DNA of 64,000 nucleotides from Amoebidium appalachense (GCA_963693365.1 CAVNZM010000009.1:7917408-7981407), one strand, 5' to 3'; shown: positions 11,819-61,812, counted from the stretch's first letter. The notes: a model not told the origin generated them from the sequence alone. Translations and numbers: made by a program.

Positions 11819-14763
11819 GTGAAGTGCAAACCGGTAGCAAAAACGGAATTCTCGGTTTCTATAGAGTTTCTTTCTAATGTTTTTACTTTTGTATATTACC
11901 CACCATCTATGTCGGTTGTCGAATTGACTCACGAGTTGTCACAGTTACCAATGTCCACTGTTATTTTAGGTGATTTTAACACGCGACTCCACCACACAGA
12001 CACACTGCAAGTGAGTGTCGGGTACCCATCTAAGCCCCCGGAGCGTGCTATCCCTTTAGCAAGGTATGTCCAAAGTCACACTTTGCGGTTCCCTCAAATA
12101 TCCCATGCCCACAACACCGACTGGGGAGTGGCCTTTTGGCCATCAACCATGTCAAAACTCTCTCTCCCTCCTAACCTCTCTAGGTCATCTGACCACTCTC
12201 CTATCCTTTTCCTACCTAAGATCTCCCTTGATCTGCTCCCCCCTCCTCCTCCCACCTTTCGCCTCCGTCTATCCCAGCTTAAGTCACAGTGGGGTAGAGT
12301 TGATGTATGTGTATGCTATGCTACGAAACACCCTATATATATGCGCCTATTAGAATCTGCACAAGCCAGGCCAGATTCACATCTCGTACTAGATACATGC
12401 ACTAACTTTATTGTTGATGATTTGATAGATCTCGGTGATTATGCTGGCGGTGGTAGGAAGGAATATCCCGATGCTCTCTTGTTACCAAACACCACTCCCG
12501 CTAGACTAGGTGAACCCCTGTCTCAAAAGGAAAGCTTGCGCCGGCTTGCTAGTATGAATCGATTTGGCCCCCCTGCTCGTATTATTGGTGATACCACTGG
12601 AGACCCCCTCATAGACTCTGATAAGTATTTCTCGGAACTGTTTAAAGATAGGACCCCCGCTCAGAAACCTATTGTGTGGCCTGTAGACCCATCTATCCCC
12701 ATAGAATCGATCCTCCCCTTTTTCAGCCCCGATGCCATATGGTCTGTGATATCTAGTTATAGCTCTAGTAAGTCTTGTGGACCTGATGGACTCCCTGCTG
12801 GGTTTCTTAAAATCCTTGTTCCCTCCTACCCACAAAAGGAAAGTGATCGTGCTATTAAACCTGATCTTACTATCATGTTAAGCTCTCTCTTTTCTTGGTG
12901 TGTTAAATGTGGACATGTCCCGTCATCTTGGTTAGATACCTTAGTGATCCCCATAGTTAAGAAGGACTCTGAGGGCCCCATATCATCCTTTCGCCCCATT
13001 ACACTAACCCAGGTTGTTCGTAGATTCTTTGAAGCTTGCTTACTTAGGTTATTTGCACACCACCCTAGGTTTCAATCTATTCTTCACATACACCCATGCC
13101 AATCCGCTTTTCGTAAAAACAATTCATGTTATGTTCAAATAATGGCACTGCACGATTCTATGCAAGTTGGTGCACAATATGTTGGCTTTATTGATTGGAA
13201 AACTGCTTACGATTCTGTCTCCCCTGGTCTCCTATGGGAAAAGCTTGCTGCACGGGGTGTACCACACTGCATTGGTGTTCTGTTAGAAGCACTCTTGTCT
13301 CAAACCTATGGTAGAGCTGTGGTTAATGGGCATCTTTCATATGGTTTTGCTCGTACTAGAGGTCTCTTGCAGGGCTCATTGCTTAGCCCCTTTTTGTTTA
13401 ACCTATTTATAGATGATTTGGCTGTCAAGATTTACGCCGAAAACGATGACCCTATTAATAACTTTCCGCCTGCACTTCTCTATGCTGATGATCTGTCCCT
13501 CCTTGCCCGTACCCCTAGACGCCTGCAAAGATTGTTCGATGTAGTGTCAGAGTGGTGCAAGGCAAACCTTATGATCCTTAACATAGACAAATGTGGTGTT
13601 CTTGTACCTGATATAGCTAACAATTTACACACATTTACATTATCATCTAAACCTGTACCTATAGTTCCAGAATACAAATATCTTGGTGTTCCGGTTGATT
13701 CTGTTGGTGTTATGTTTCCCCATATGGTCGAAAAGAGGGTAGAGTTGGCTCGTAAGCGGTTAGCTTTCTTCTCGGCTAATATTTTTAAAGACACACCCCT
13801 CCATCCTTCTATTAGACTTACATTTATTCGCACTTTTGTCTTCCCGGCATGTGAATATGGTTTACCCCTTCTCGCCGCTTGGATCAAGAAAGAGAGAACT
13901 AGAGCGCTTAAACCCTTGGCAAATTTCCTTGAAGCAGAAGTTGCCTCCTTTCTATCTAACAACTGTTGTAAACCTGGGCCTGTAACGCTCTCGATATATG
14001 GTCTGGTCCCAATAGCTGCTAGAGTATCCTATCTCGCGCTGAAATTCAATAAGCACATAAGCCGCTTAAAGAAGTATTTGCCCTCCCACCCTCTCTTCTC
14101 TATCCGACCTGTCCCCTCCTCACCTCCCCCCTCTTTCCTCCCCTCTCTCTCCCCTTCTCCCCTGGGCACAAATACAAATAAACCCCGCAATAGTGTGTGT
14201 GTGACTTTGGACTGCCACTTACTTATTAAACATGTACACAATCACAAGATAATCACGCAATATAACAAATGGAAAAAGATACCACACGACACTAGACCCG
14301 ATGAAAGCATACACCTTGAAAAACTAAGCCTTATGTCTCGTTTTATATATACTGACCGCCTCAACCATATTGCCAAATATGGCACTCGCAAGTGTATAAC
14401 ACCTAAATACATATTACCTTCCTGTAGAACTGGTCTTTCTCTAGCTGATGGTATTATTGATCAATTACCACGCTTTTACTGTACACGTGCTATACAGTGG
14501 AGATCTAATAAGTATAAGGTGGCATCATTTGCATGCCCAAACAACACACACACACACCAGTTTAACCGGTCATGTATCGCCAAATGTAGTTTGATAGACC
14601 ACATAATACCGCAACACACACACGTCACATTCACAACAGACACCCAGAAAGATAGCCTACCTGTAAATTACAACATCCTTGATTTTATACTAAACACGCG
14701 TAACTACGACCTGTTTATTAGATGTATTGATTGGCTTGAGAAACACATCACTACAAAATTATA

Positions 14764-14764
<1 letters not shown>
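11819..14764 (+). CDS. LINE ORF2: APE endonuclease (partial) plus reverse transcriptase
   Basis: APE motifs VILGDFN and SDHSPI. RT motifs KSCGPDG, FRPITL, QSAFR, IDWKTAYDSV, GLLQGSLLSPFLFNLFIDDL, LYADDL and YKYLGV. Degenerate Cys/His knuckle CPNNTHTHQFNRSCIAKC near the C-terminus. Confidence 0.93.
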
Positions 14765-14845
<81 letters not shown>

Positions 14846-14908
14846 CCAGCTGATACCGAGTGTCCCGAGGGAAGCCCCTTTAAAAAAATTAAAATTAAAA
14901 TTAAAAAA

Positions 14909-14950
<42 letters not shown>
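11819..14950 (+). mobile_element. Non-LTR retrotransposon (LINE), probably 5'-truncated, with (CA)n and A-rich 3' tail
   Basis: Single intron-free 981-codon ORF, then (CA)n at 14767-14843 and an A-rich/poly(A) tract at 14881-14950. No ORF1 and no target-site duplication could be identified. Confidence 0.9.
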
Positions 14951-14951
<1 letters not shown>

Positions 14952-15482
14952 GGGGAACCCCAACTAATTGATTTCTCCTTGTAGTCTTTATGGTGTCTCG
15001 TAGAGAAAGTAAACCCTGATATATAGTCACCACCCGACATCTATGTACGTGATCATGATATACCGCTGAGGGGATATTCCGAGCAAAACCCCCCCCATAC
15101 CTGAGACTGGTTCTCTTTGCCTCGAGTAAACAGCGTAAACCCCACCAAGATCTATATTCTATAAATATATATCTGGCCCAGAGGAATTCCAAAGGCATGA
15201 CGAACAGCCAATCGCTGTTCCTCGCGCCATTTCTATTCGATTCGGATCCTTATTGGATAGCGATGTACCATAACTTACCCTAAGAGAGGGTCGTAACTCA
15301 TATAATTTTGAACTGAAATAACACCCATTTTTCTTTCTCATTCAGATTCCAGTTTTTTTTTTAACGCCTGTTGCCTCTGCTTCTGAGCTTTCTGGTGCTA
15401 GGACAAACGTATATCCTCAACCTTGTGATGTGCGCATCGATATGCAGGTAAGATGCAGCTGATTAACCGTATATGGTATCTA

Positions 15483-15496
15483 TTTTCGCGCCAAAA
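15483..15496. promoter_or_regulatory. E2F/DP binding site upstream of POLE
   Basis: TTTTCGCGCCAAAA carries overlapping TTTSSCGC consensus matches on both strands, about 275 bp upstream of the POLE ATG. E2F control of replication genes is established. Confidence 0.65.
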
Positions 15497-15768
15497 AACT
15501 AAAGGACCAATGATTCAGCGCCGACGAAAGCAGGTCACTCCCCTCCCCCCCCCGCCTACGAGGGTTTGGACCACACACAAAGAAGCACAAAAGTAACAAA
15601 AAACTTCTCGCGTTTTACTTTTTTGACAACCCCATCACATGTTTTGGTTAAAAAAAACTGGTTAGCTCTGTATAGTGTAATATAAGTGCATGATTGCAAA
15701 ATACAACACGACACCACCTGACCACTCAACTATGGTTTCCGGTTGTGCCGTTTAGACCACACGTAAAC

Positions 15769-52419
<36,651 letters not shown>

Positions 52420-52994
52420 TTTCTTCACATGGGTTCCACCTCAATGGATGGCTTTCCATGAAGGACTTGTGTTGATTTGACGCGTTTTCTGATTATTCAT
52501 ATGGTGTGTTACGAAGGTGACCCCGACAATTCGAACGTGGTATCAAAGTGACTTGAATGGGTGTATATATGCAAATGATACCTGTCTTCCCCTTTTCTTC
52601 TTTTTTTTGGGGGGGGTTTTTTGGTCCAAGTTGTTTGTTTGTTAATACAAAAAAATTCTGTCTGATTGGAGTGTGGTCGTTTTTAAGGATATTACCATAT
52701 GCCTGTAGTCTTATTCAACATACTTGCCTTTCTTGGAACCCTTTTGCGTTACTCGTTGCGGTGGGTTCTTTTTGTTTGCGTTTAGCCTAGGGTTTGCCTA
52801 AGTTTCCATAGAACTGTAGTGCCAGAAATATGGACTCGCTCTAATAAGCGATTTAGTAACTCGCCAATATTCAGGTACTAGGAATGGTGAGGAGAAGTCT
52901 GAAAAACACATGAGAAACCTCTATCACACGAACAATTGGTGGGAGCTTATTTGCCACTTAGCTCCCCTCCGAGGGAGGAGGGGGAGGAGGGGAG

Positions 52995-53037
<43 letters not shown>

Positions 53038-53715
53038 TGCATGAATGTCACGGATTTTACGCCTATGCTCCTCCTTTACTCTGGTTCTAGATATATTGGC
53101 TGTCCAAAATGTGGACGTAACCGTACGGATCAAACTGTGGTTTCATTCAAAATAGCCTAAGAGAAGCTTGTCATCGAGCCGTTAGTTTAAATTATAAAAT
53201 TTCAATTTCCATGGTGCAAAAATAAAGTTTCCAAACAGAATTCGAGATTCTGTGATAACCGACCTGCAACATGTGGTTTTTTTTCCAAGTCTACTAACTT
53301 GTTTGTTTTTGTCATGTGTGTGTGTGCGTTTCTACACATGTGCGTGTGCGCGCGTGCATGTGTGTGTGTGTGTGGGTGTGTGTGTGTGTGTGCGCGCGCG
53401 CGCGTTCGTGTTTATTCGTGCACGTGCACGTGTGTGTACATGCGTATTAATTCATACCTTGTGCGCGTGCGCGCGTGGGTGCACATGTGTGCGTGTGTGA
53501 CTGTGTTTTTGTGATTTGTGTGTGTGCCGTTGGGTGTCCTGTTCCCATGTGTGAGTGCATGATTGTGTGTGTGTTGAGCTGTGTGCGTTTGTTGTGAGTG
53601 CCTCTTCTTTGTTTGAGCCTTGTGCCGCGTTCGCACACACAACATGCAACCGCATAGAGCGAGACACAAACTTGTCACTCTTCATGGTTTTCGAAACTGC
53701 CTTTTATTTCTTTGT

Positions 53716-54597
53716 TCAGGTGCCCAAGCGTACTCGCTGAGTTCTGACCTGCTGCGTTTCCGGCTGGCCAGTACTGAAGTTTTTTTTCTTTTGACTCGGG
53801 TTTATTGATCCGTTGATGAAGGCAACGTGCAGCCACAGGCTCAGATAACCACCAATAGAACTGAAAAAGCCAAAGCTACGAAATAAAAATAAAGAGACGA
53901 GTGACAAAGGACACCAGCGGGCAAAACCTTAAGTGCACGTGTATGCGTGAAACTAGTTTGCTCCAACTAGTCATATGCATCGATGTTGACCAGACCACAC
54001 TCCGCAAGAAGACATCATTACTGCTCCTTCCCAACAGCCCCCCCTCAAAACCTACCGAGGCACAGCAAGCAAGTCAGAGATCTAAAAGAGCAATGCAGAC
54101 CAAATCTGAGCTAAAAAACAATCCCAACGGGCCCGGCCCCTAGATAACCCGGAGAAACTGCATCTAGCTCTCTGATAAGGTGGCCTAGTTGTGGCAGGAC
54201 ACACAGAAAAACACAATTACAGAATGCATGCAAGCAAACCCGGTCATTGCCATACGACTGGAGGCTAAGGACTGGCAGTCACTTGGAAAGCTCCCCGACG
54301 ACCAAGTAGCACTCACGCAGCGCAGAAGTAGCTGAAGAAGTTGCAGCAGCCCACCGCCAATAGGTCGCGTAGAAGCGTAGACAGCGTGTAGAAGTTACCA
54401 TAGGTTACAGTGGACCACCAGGCGTTGAAGAAACCACTTCCAAAGCGAGAAACTCCGCGAAAGGGAGATGCCCCCACACTCTCACAGCAGTAGGAATACA
54501 CCAGACCAGACCACACACACGCTGCAGTCACGTTCCCCTGAGTGGGGCTGCCTCCCACAACAAAAAGAAGAAACGAAAGCCTTTATATACCTGCCAT
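53716..54597 (-). CDS. Possible small hydrophobic, Cys/aromatic-rich protein (123 aa, 3 exons)
   Basis: accATGGCAG|gtatat (54597-54591), exon 54521-54317 (cag|...|gtgagt) and exon 53875-53716 (pyrimidine tract, tag|...TGA) are phase-consistent. No recognisable domain. Confidence 0.35.
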
Positions 54598-55008
54598 GGT
54601 GAAGAATCGGGAAAAAAAGTTGACGTGACAGCTAAGAGATCGAAGTGAAAGTAAAGCTGAATTCGAAGGTCGGCAGCTTGTCCGGCACCGATGTTGCCAG
54701 CGGCGATTACGTAGCAGCTGCGGGCATTTCGCCTTCAGGCAAGTAGCGAATCGTTGCATTTTGTTGATTTCATTAAAACGTAGTTTATTTAATACGAAAG
54801 ATTATACAGTTTTATGGCTTTTTCAAAACATTTAACCATTTGTTATCATAGATGTTGTTTGGCAACCATCACGAACCGCCTGCAGCTACTTGGCTGAAAT
54901 TTTAAACGGAAAAGTGGAGAGTAACTTTTCAGTTTAGAAATGCGGACAGAGTCAAAAGTAGAGGCTATAACTTAGTTCATTGGCAGCAGTAAACTTTTTT
55001 TGGACATA

Positions 55009-55463
55009 ATGGCCAAAGAACAGCTTTTAGACGCTGAATACCAGGCACTCATGCAACAGATTGGCAGCCTCTCCATCGGCGAATCAATAACGGAGGTGAC
55101 TTTCCGGAGTTTATAGCAACCAAGTTTTGCGAAAAGCCTGCTACTGGCTAGGGGTTTTACCTTCTTTTTTTTTGTTACACGAGTTTTGGGGCGAGCCTGC
55201 CCCCATTATATACCTTCCTTATTAGGTGCACGCAAAGTTTACGTACATAAGACTTTCAATTCTTTTGCTCTATGCTGCTCGCAAACCCTCCTTGCCTCCC
55301 CCCCCCCCCCACCCCCCCCCCTTCCCCCCCCCTCTCCGCCTCCCCTCCCCCCTTCCCCCCACAAAATAATAAGAATAACCATCACCTCGACACCATCCCC
55401 GCACTCACCCCTATCTTCACCAGTGTCACCACCACACATTCTGTTTATCCAGACTCTCCCTCT

Positions 55464-55496
<33 letters not shown>

Positions 55497-55648
55497 CCCC
55501 CCCCCCCCCCTCCCCTCCCTCCCTCCCTCCCTCCCTCCCTCCCTCCCTCCCTCCCTCCCTCCCTCCCTCCCTCCCTCCCTCCCTCCCTCCCTCCCTCCCT
55601 CCCTCCCTCCCTCCCTCCCTCCCTCCCTCCCTCCCTCCCTCCCTCCCT

Positions 55649-55714
<66 letters not shown>

Positions 55715-57040
55715 TTCCCCCCCCCCTCCCCCCCCCCCCCGCGCGCACATACACACACACACACACATACACACACACACACCCTCTCTTCCCCGTCGCT
55801 CCCCTTTCCCCCACCGTCCCTTTCTTTTGGGTGTTTTTGGATGTCAGTTGGAATGGGTCCCATCCTCATGTTCTTTAGTCCTTCTCCCCTCCCTCCTCCC
55901 CCTCCCCCCCCCGGGGGCAGCTAAATGAAAAAGGTTTAATTAGCACCTGTTTTCGTTGCTTCCTTGCAGATGTAATCGCTGACTGATATAAGAAATGAAA
56001 ACTATTGAACGCTCACACGGTTTCCCCACACACAGAAGGGTGCATCGATTTCAACCCCACCATCAATCACATCTCCTCCTGTCAAATATGACACAAACGC
56101 CCTTTGTTGCTCGGAAAACGATAAAAACGGTGTCAACCTTAGGGAGAACGAGAGAGAAAATGCCGAAGAACGAAGGAGGAAAAAGAAAAACACAAAAGAA
56201 AAGGCCGTGTGTCGTGCTGAGGGAAACTCGTCCAAGTGGGCAGAGTGGACAAAGAGCCAAAAGAGACAGCCACAAACACAGACAACAGAGAAGGTGAGTG
56301 GGTTGCAAACATAAGGGCATGTGCATGGATATCTGAATGGAGATTTACACGTGTGTGCTCTCTTTCGCTCTTTCTCCCCTCCATTTCTCCCTACCTCCAT
56401 CCACCCCCCTTCCCTTGCACCCCTCCCTTATTTTGTCTCTCTGACCAGACCCCCCCCCCCCCCCCCCCCCCACCCACCCACCCACCCCCCCTTCCCCCCC
56501 CCCCCCTCCCCCTCCCCCCCCCCCCCCCCCCCCCCCCCCAAACATCACCACCACCACCACTACCACCACCAACCATACAAAAACAAATGGCCGTGTGTTT
56601 ATGAAGCCATATTGTTTCATGTTATCTTGCATTGTTCAATCGTGTATCTTGTTTTATGGATGCTGCTCAGCATTTGCCCCCTTTCCCCCTCCTCCCCCCT
56701 CCCCCTCCCCCCCTCCTCCTCCTCCCCCACCTCCTTGAGTGTTGTTGTTTAGCATTTGAAAAAGGTCTCTCCTGTAATTACATCCTTATGTCATTGTGCC
56801 GTTTTTTTTGTTTTTTTTTCCCGGCTGCTGCACCTTTGGTCTTCCTAACCTCGTGCATCTTTCATTACTGACCCTCCGCCTTCCCCCCTCCCTCGGTCTT
56901 TGCCCCCTCCTCAATCCTCTCTCTTCTCTCTTTCTCTCACCTCCCCCCCCCCCCCCCCCCCCCCCCCGCCCCCCCTCTTCCTTTCTTTCTCCCCCCCTCC
57001 TCCCCCCAGCCCTAAACTCTTCAACCTCCACCAATCTGCC

Positions 57041-57079
<39 letters not shown>

Positions 57080-57102
57080 CGCGCACGCGCGTGCGCACAT
57101 AC

Positions 57103-57152
<50 letters not shown>

Positions 57153-58151
57153 TCGTCCTCTTCCCCCCCCCCCCCCCCCCCCCCCGTCCCCCTTCCCCCT
57201 CCCCAATCTTCTACTCCTTTCTCTCTTCTATCCACCTTCCCAGAAGGCTACATCAGCCGAACCTTCGCCTGCCCAACCAACACCCCCGAGCCAATTCGTG
57301 TTTGGTCAGAAAGTTACCCTTTCATTTTCTAAGCCGACAAAACCGCTTTCCGGAAACCCGTTGACAAAACAGCACCAACCAAAATCACAATCCGAATCCG
57401 AACTCGTACAGGATGGTGGAAACACGGGGATTTCCAGTCGAAATTCGGTAGATAATAGCAACCATACACGCGAAGAATCCGAAAAAATGGGTAAGATATC
57501 GTTGAAAGCTGGTACGAATGAGAATCACAAAAGTAAGTTACAATCCATAAATAATATGCAAGCAGGGTTAAGAGAAAACGGAGGCCATGCAAAAATTGTA
57601 GGCAATCATATAAATAACAGGACCGAAAGAAAGTATACAAGTAGTGAAAAATTACGGGAAAGAAAGACCCCAAAAGATGCTCCATCCACAAAAGCATCAA
57701 CAACGAAAACAAACCCAGAACACGACGTTCATACCGGTTCAAAAACAACCACAAAAGGTGGCAGTGAAACAGCCACCACTCCCATACAACCAGAAAGCAT
57801 CCAAACGACACATTCTGACGACACACACGTTATTTCGGGAAGTGCGCACGTGGTTGCGTTAACGGAATCACGTGCTACCAGCAACCCGGTTGGACAGTGG
57901 GTGACGTATTGTGTGCTGGACACCAACGTGTTTATGCACCACTTAAATATTCTGGACGATGCTGGAAGGTTGAGGGGGATAATGCTGGTGGTGCCTGCAG
58001 TGGTGTTGTATGAACTGGATACCTGGAAGGTGGGTGGGAGATGTGTGTGTGTGTGTGTGTATGTGTGTGGCGGGGGGAGGGAGGGGGGGAGAGGGGGGGG
58101 GGGGGAGGGGGTTAGAAGATGTATTGTGTGGGTGTGTGGGTTTTCTTTTTT

Positions 58152-58182
<31 letters not shown>

Positions 58183-58422
58183 ATGTAAAGAGATGTATGT
58201 GCAGGTGTGTTGGTGGGTAAGAGATGCTTGTTTTGGGGACAGGGGGAGGGGAGGAGGGGGGCTGTTTGTGAAAGTGCGTGTGTGTTTGGGAAAGTGGGGG
58301 GGAGGGGGGGGGGTAGATGTAGGGGAGGTTGGAGGGTGCGGAGAGATGTTCGTGTGTGCGTGTTTTTTTTTGAGGGGAAGGGGGGGATTAGAAGATTTTG
58401 TGTGTGTGTGGGGGGGTGGGAG

Positions 58423-58480
<58 letters not shown>

Positions 58481-58702
58481 GAGGGGCAGTGCAGATGGTT
58501 GTGATTGTGTACATGAAGTGTAATGATTTTCGAAGTTGCCTGCATCCATACAACGATTGGGCATTCACACAGGCACGAACCCGTGCACATACAATACGTA
58601 CGCAACGGCACACACGTCCTTTCAGGCAGTGCCCCCTCCCACCCCCTCCCCCACCACCACTACCCTCCTTCTGTGGCAGGAGGGAGGGAGGGAGGTGTGT
58701 CT

Positions 58703-58761
<59 letters not shown>

Positions 58762-59667
58762 GCGCGCGCGCGCGTGTGTGTTTGGGGGGGGGGGGGGGGG
58801 GATGAACCGGCTGGCTGACAGGGTAGCTGACCGAGGCCCGGCCCGTGATGAATTCTAGAATGTTTATTTCCTTACGGGATATGAAACTTGCAAAAGTCGA
58901 TGTAATTTTGAGGCCGTTTCACCTATCATAATGACTGTGCAATGGTGCGATATACTTTCTTTTACGATTTTCACTAACTCTAGTATGGTGCAGCAAAACC
59001 CAGACGTTGCGCGCGCACGCGCAGCTCGGCAGGCGATTGGTTGGCTGCGTGATCGTTTTGCGCAAAAGGTGCCGTGGCTTCACGCAGATACGAGTACGGG
59101 CAGTGTGCCGGTGGGGAGAGTGGCCGATGATTGGGTGCTGGGGTGTGCGCAGATATATATGGCGTGGGGGAGGTGTGTGTTGCTGACGTCAGATAAGATG
59201 TTGCAGGTGGGTGTGGTTTTTGGTTTGGCACGTTAAACCATTTCACTGCTCCCCTTTTAACCATTTACAACACACCTTTAACTTCTTCACTGCCTATCTT
59301 TTTATCTCCTCAAAACACAGATTAGCCCCTTTACTGTTTACCTTCTATCCTTCACAGCACACCTTTAACCTCTTCACTGCCTATCTTTTGACTACTTTAT
59401 TACACAATCTTATTCATTGCACACTTTCGATCCCTTTCCTACACACCTCTAAGCCCCTGACTCCCTCTCTATAACCCTTTACTACCCCTTCTCCCGATGT
59501 GTTGCGTCTTTTGCATGTCAGCGTTAGCGTTATCAGTCGTGGATTTGTACTTTATTCTGTATCGCATCCCCCCTTTCCCCCCCTTCTCCTCATCATCCCG
59601 CCCGCTCCTCGCCTTGCCGCTCACCCTTCTTTCTAGCCCCCCCCCCCCCCCCCTTTTCCCCCACTCA

Positions 59668-59714
<47 letters not shown>

Positions 59715-59715
59715 A

Positions 59716-59811
<96 letters not shown>

Positions 59812-60348
59812 CACACACACAGACATCAACGCATATACATGCTTTACCCTCCCCCCCCCCCCCCCCTCCCCCCTTTTTTTCCCGTGCCTGCCCTGTCCTT
59901 CTCACATTTTTTCAAAACCTTTACACGTTAAATACTCCACTGCTGCGTATTTGACCCCCCCCCCCCCCCCCAACCCACCACCGCCGTAGTGAGGGCATAG
60001 CTTATCATGCATACCCCTTATGTGTGGTTTGCACTCCGTATTGTATTGTAGGTTTTGGATGTGCATTTCACACTCTTACCGCATTCTAAACGCCCCCTTC
60101 CCCTTACCCGCATCCACGTCTCCCCCACTTCACCCACAAGTGCCACTTGCCTTCCTCCCCATATTCCCCCCCCCCCCCCCCCTCCTCCCCCCCCCCCCCC
60201 CCCCCCCTCTCCCATCCCCAAACTTTCTTATCCCTATGCACCTTTTTTACTTCGTTTTCCCTTCCATAGGCCCACTTTGTTATGTAGGCACAACGCGTGG
60301 TTTGGTGGTTTCCTTTGCACTTGCCCAACCTTTCCTTCCCCCCCCCCC

Positions 60349-60379
<31 letters not shown>

Positions 60380-60656
60380 CACCACCACCACCACACCACC
60401 ACTAAATTTCCCCCATTTTTTTGGCCCTCTGCCTGTGTTTGTGTTTTGCAGATTTTTCACCATTCTTCAAACATTCCCTTTCGATTCCATTTTCGGTCCG
60501 TTTACATTCTTTTTTTTTTTCGTGTATCCAAATATTAGTGTTTTTATCAAGTCCATAAGGCACTAACACCATGACCCCCTTTCTTCCTCACTCATTCATG
60601 TTCACGAAGGCAAAAGCACACGTCCATCCCCCTCCCCTCCACCTCCCCCCTCCCCC

Positions 60657-60689
<33 letters not shown>

Positions 60690-60882
60690 CACACACACAC
60701 ACACTCGCGCACACACACACGCGCGCGCGCGCGCACGCGCAAAACACGCACAGGTCAAAGCCCTCTCCCACCACGTACCCACGGAGTACCCTCACATATT
60801 TTTTGGTCTTCGCCGACGGCTGGAGATTGAACACGCAGCGGAGGTGGCACGATCCCAAGCCTTGTGGGCACACACAAAGTAG
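55009..60882 (+). CDS. PIN-domain ribonuclease, Swt1-like (5 exons, about 490 aa)
   Basis: Phase-0 exons 55009-55095, 56036-56293, 57244-58029, 58994-59206 and 60754-60882. PIN motifs [37 protein letters not shown] and [13 protein letters not shown]. Exons 1-2 are less certain than the PIN exons. Confidence 0.8.
55472..55711. repeat. (CT)n-polyC-(CCCT)n-(CT)n polypyrimidine tract
   Basis: About 240 bp of pure pyrimidine sequence in intron 1 of the PIN gene. Confidence 0.95.
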
Positions 60883-61080
60883 GAATTGTTTTAATTAAAA
60901 GCTTAAAATATTATATTTATTGGCTTTGTTTTTGATTTACTTTAGTGATGAGCTATATGTTCATGTCTTCGTTCCCTGTATATTGGTGCAGAACGTTTCT
61001 GATGATCTGTGATATGCCATAATTGCTTATGATAGAATGAATGGGCTTTCTTTTTTGATATGTTTTAAATTTTCTAAATC

Positions 61081-61460
<380 letters not shown>

Positions 61461-61591
61461 GTGTACATTTTCTTAGGCGGGGGAGTTATTTTCAGATCTT
61501 ATTTAGACCTATAACACGTATTGACGTGTTGCCGCACGTGCGACGTTATACATCGACTCAGGCGTTATACATCTACTCAGTCCCTTTTAAG

Positions 61592-61629
<38 letters not shown>

Positions 61630-61660
61630 AAGGAGACACCGCCTCAGTAGGTGGTAGTAT

Positions 61661-61812
61661 TTAGACCCACTCCAATGGTAAGTCTACACGATATACCGGC
61701 CGTGGATTTGAAAATTCGATTTGGACAGGACCACTGGCTTTACGGTAAACAAATGCGAAGAGAACTTCATCAATATCAGAATCTGGTATTTCAAACACCA
61801 GCGTGAGAACTA
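61661..61812 (-). CDS. Possible terminal exon of a minus-strand gene extending toward or beyond the right edge
   Basis: catgtag| followed by VLTLVFEIPDSDIDEVLFAFVYRKASGPVQIEFSNPRPVYRVDLPLEWV*, which looks protein-like. Upstream exons could not be joined reliably. Confidence 0.25.

Noticed and set aside
11750-14990. Target-site duplication flanking the LINE
   Set aside because: Sequence after the poly(A) (cggggaaccccaac) has no match near the 5' end, so the element boundaries remain approximate.
14951-15340. Minus-strand ORFs 14704-15198 and 15159-15341 as a second element or gene
   Set aside because: No recognisable motifs, and much of the longer ORF is the LINE tail read backwards.
55970-56297. 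ORF 55995-56297 (MKTIERSHG...) or the acceptor at 55969 as part of the PIN gene
   Set aside because: All three frames close shortly after 55969. A different frame starting at 56036 joins exons 1 and 3 in phase.
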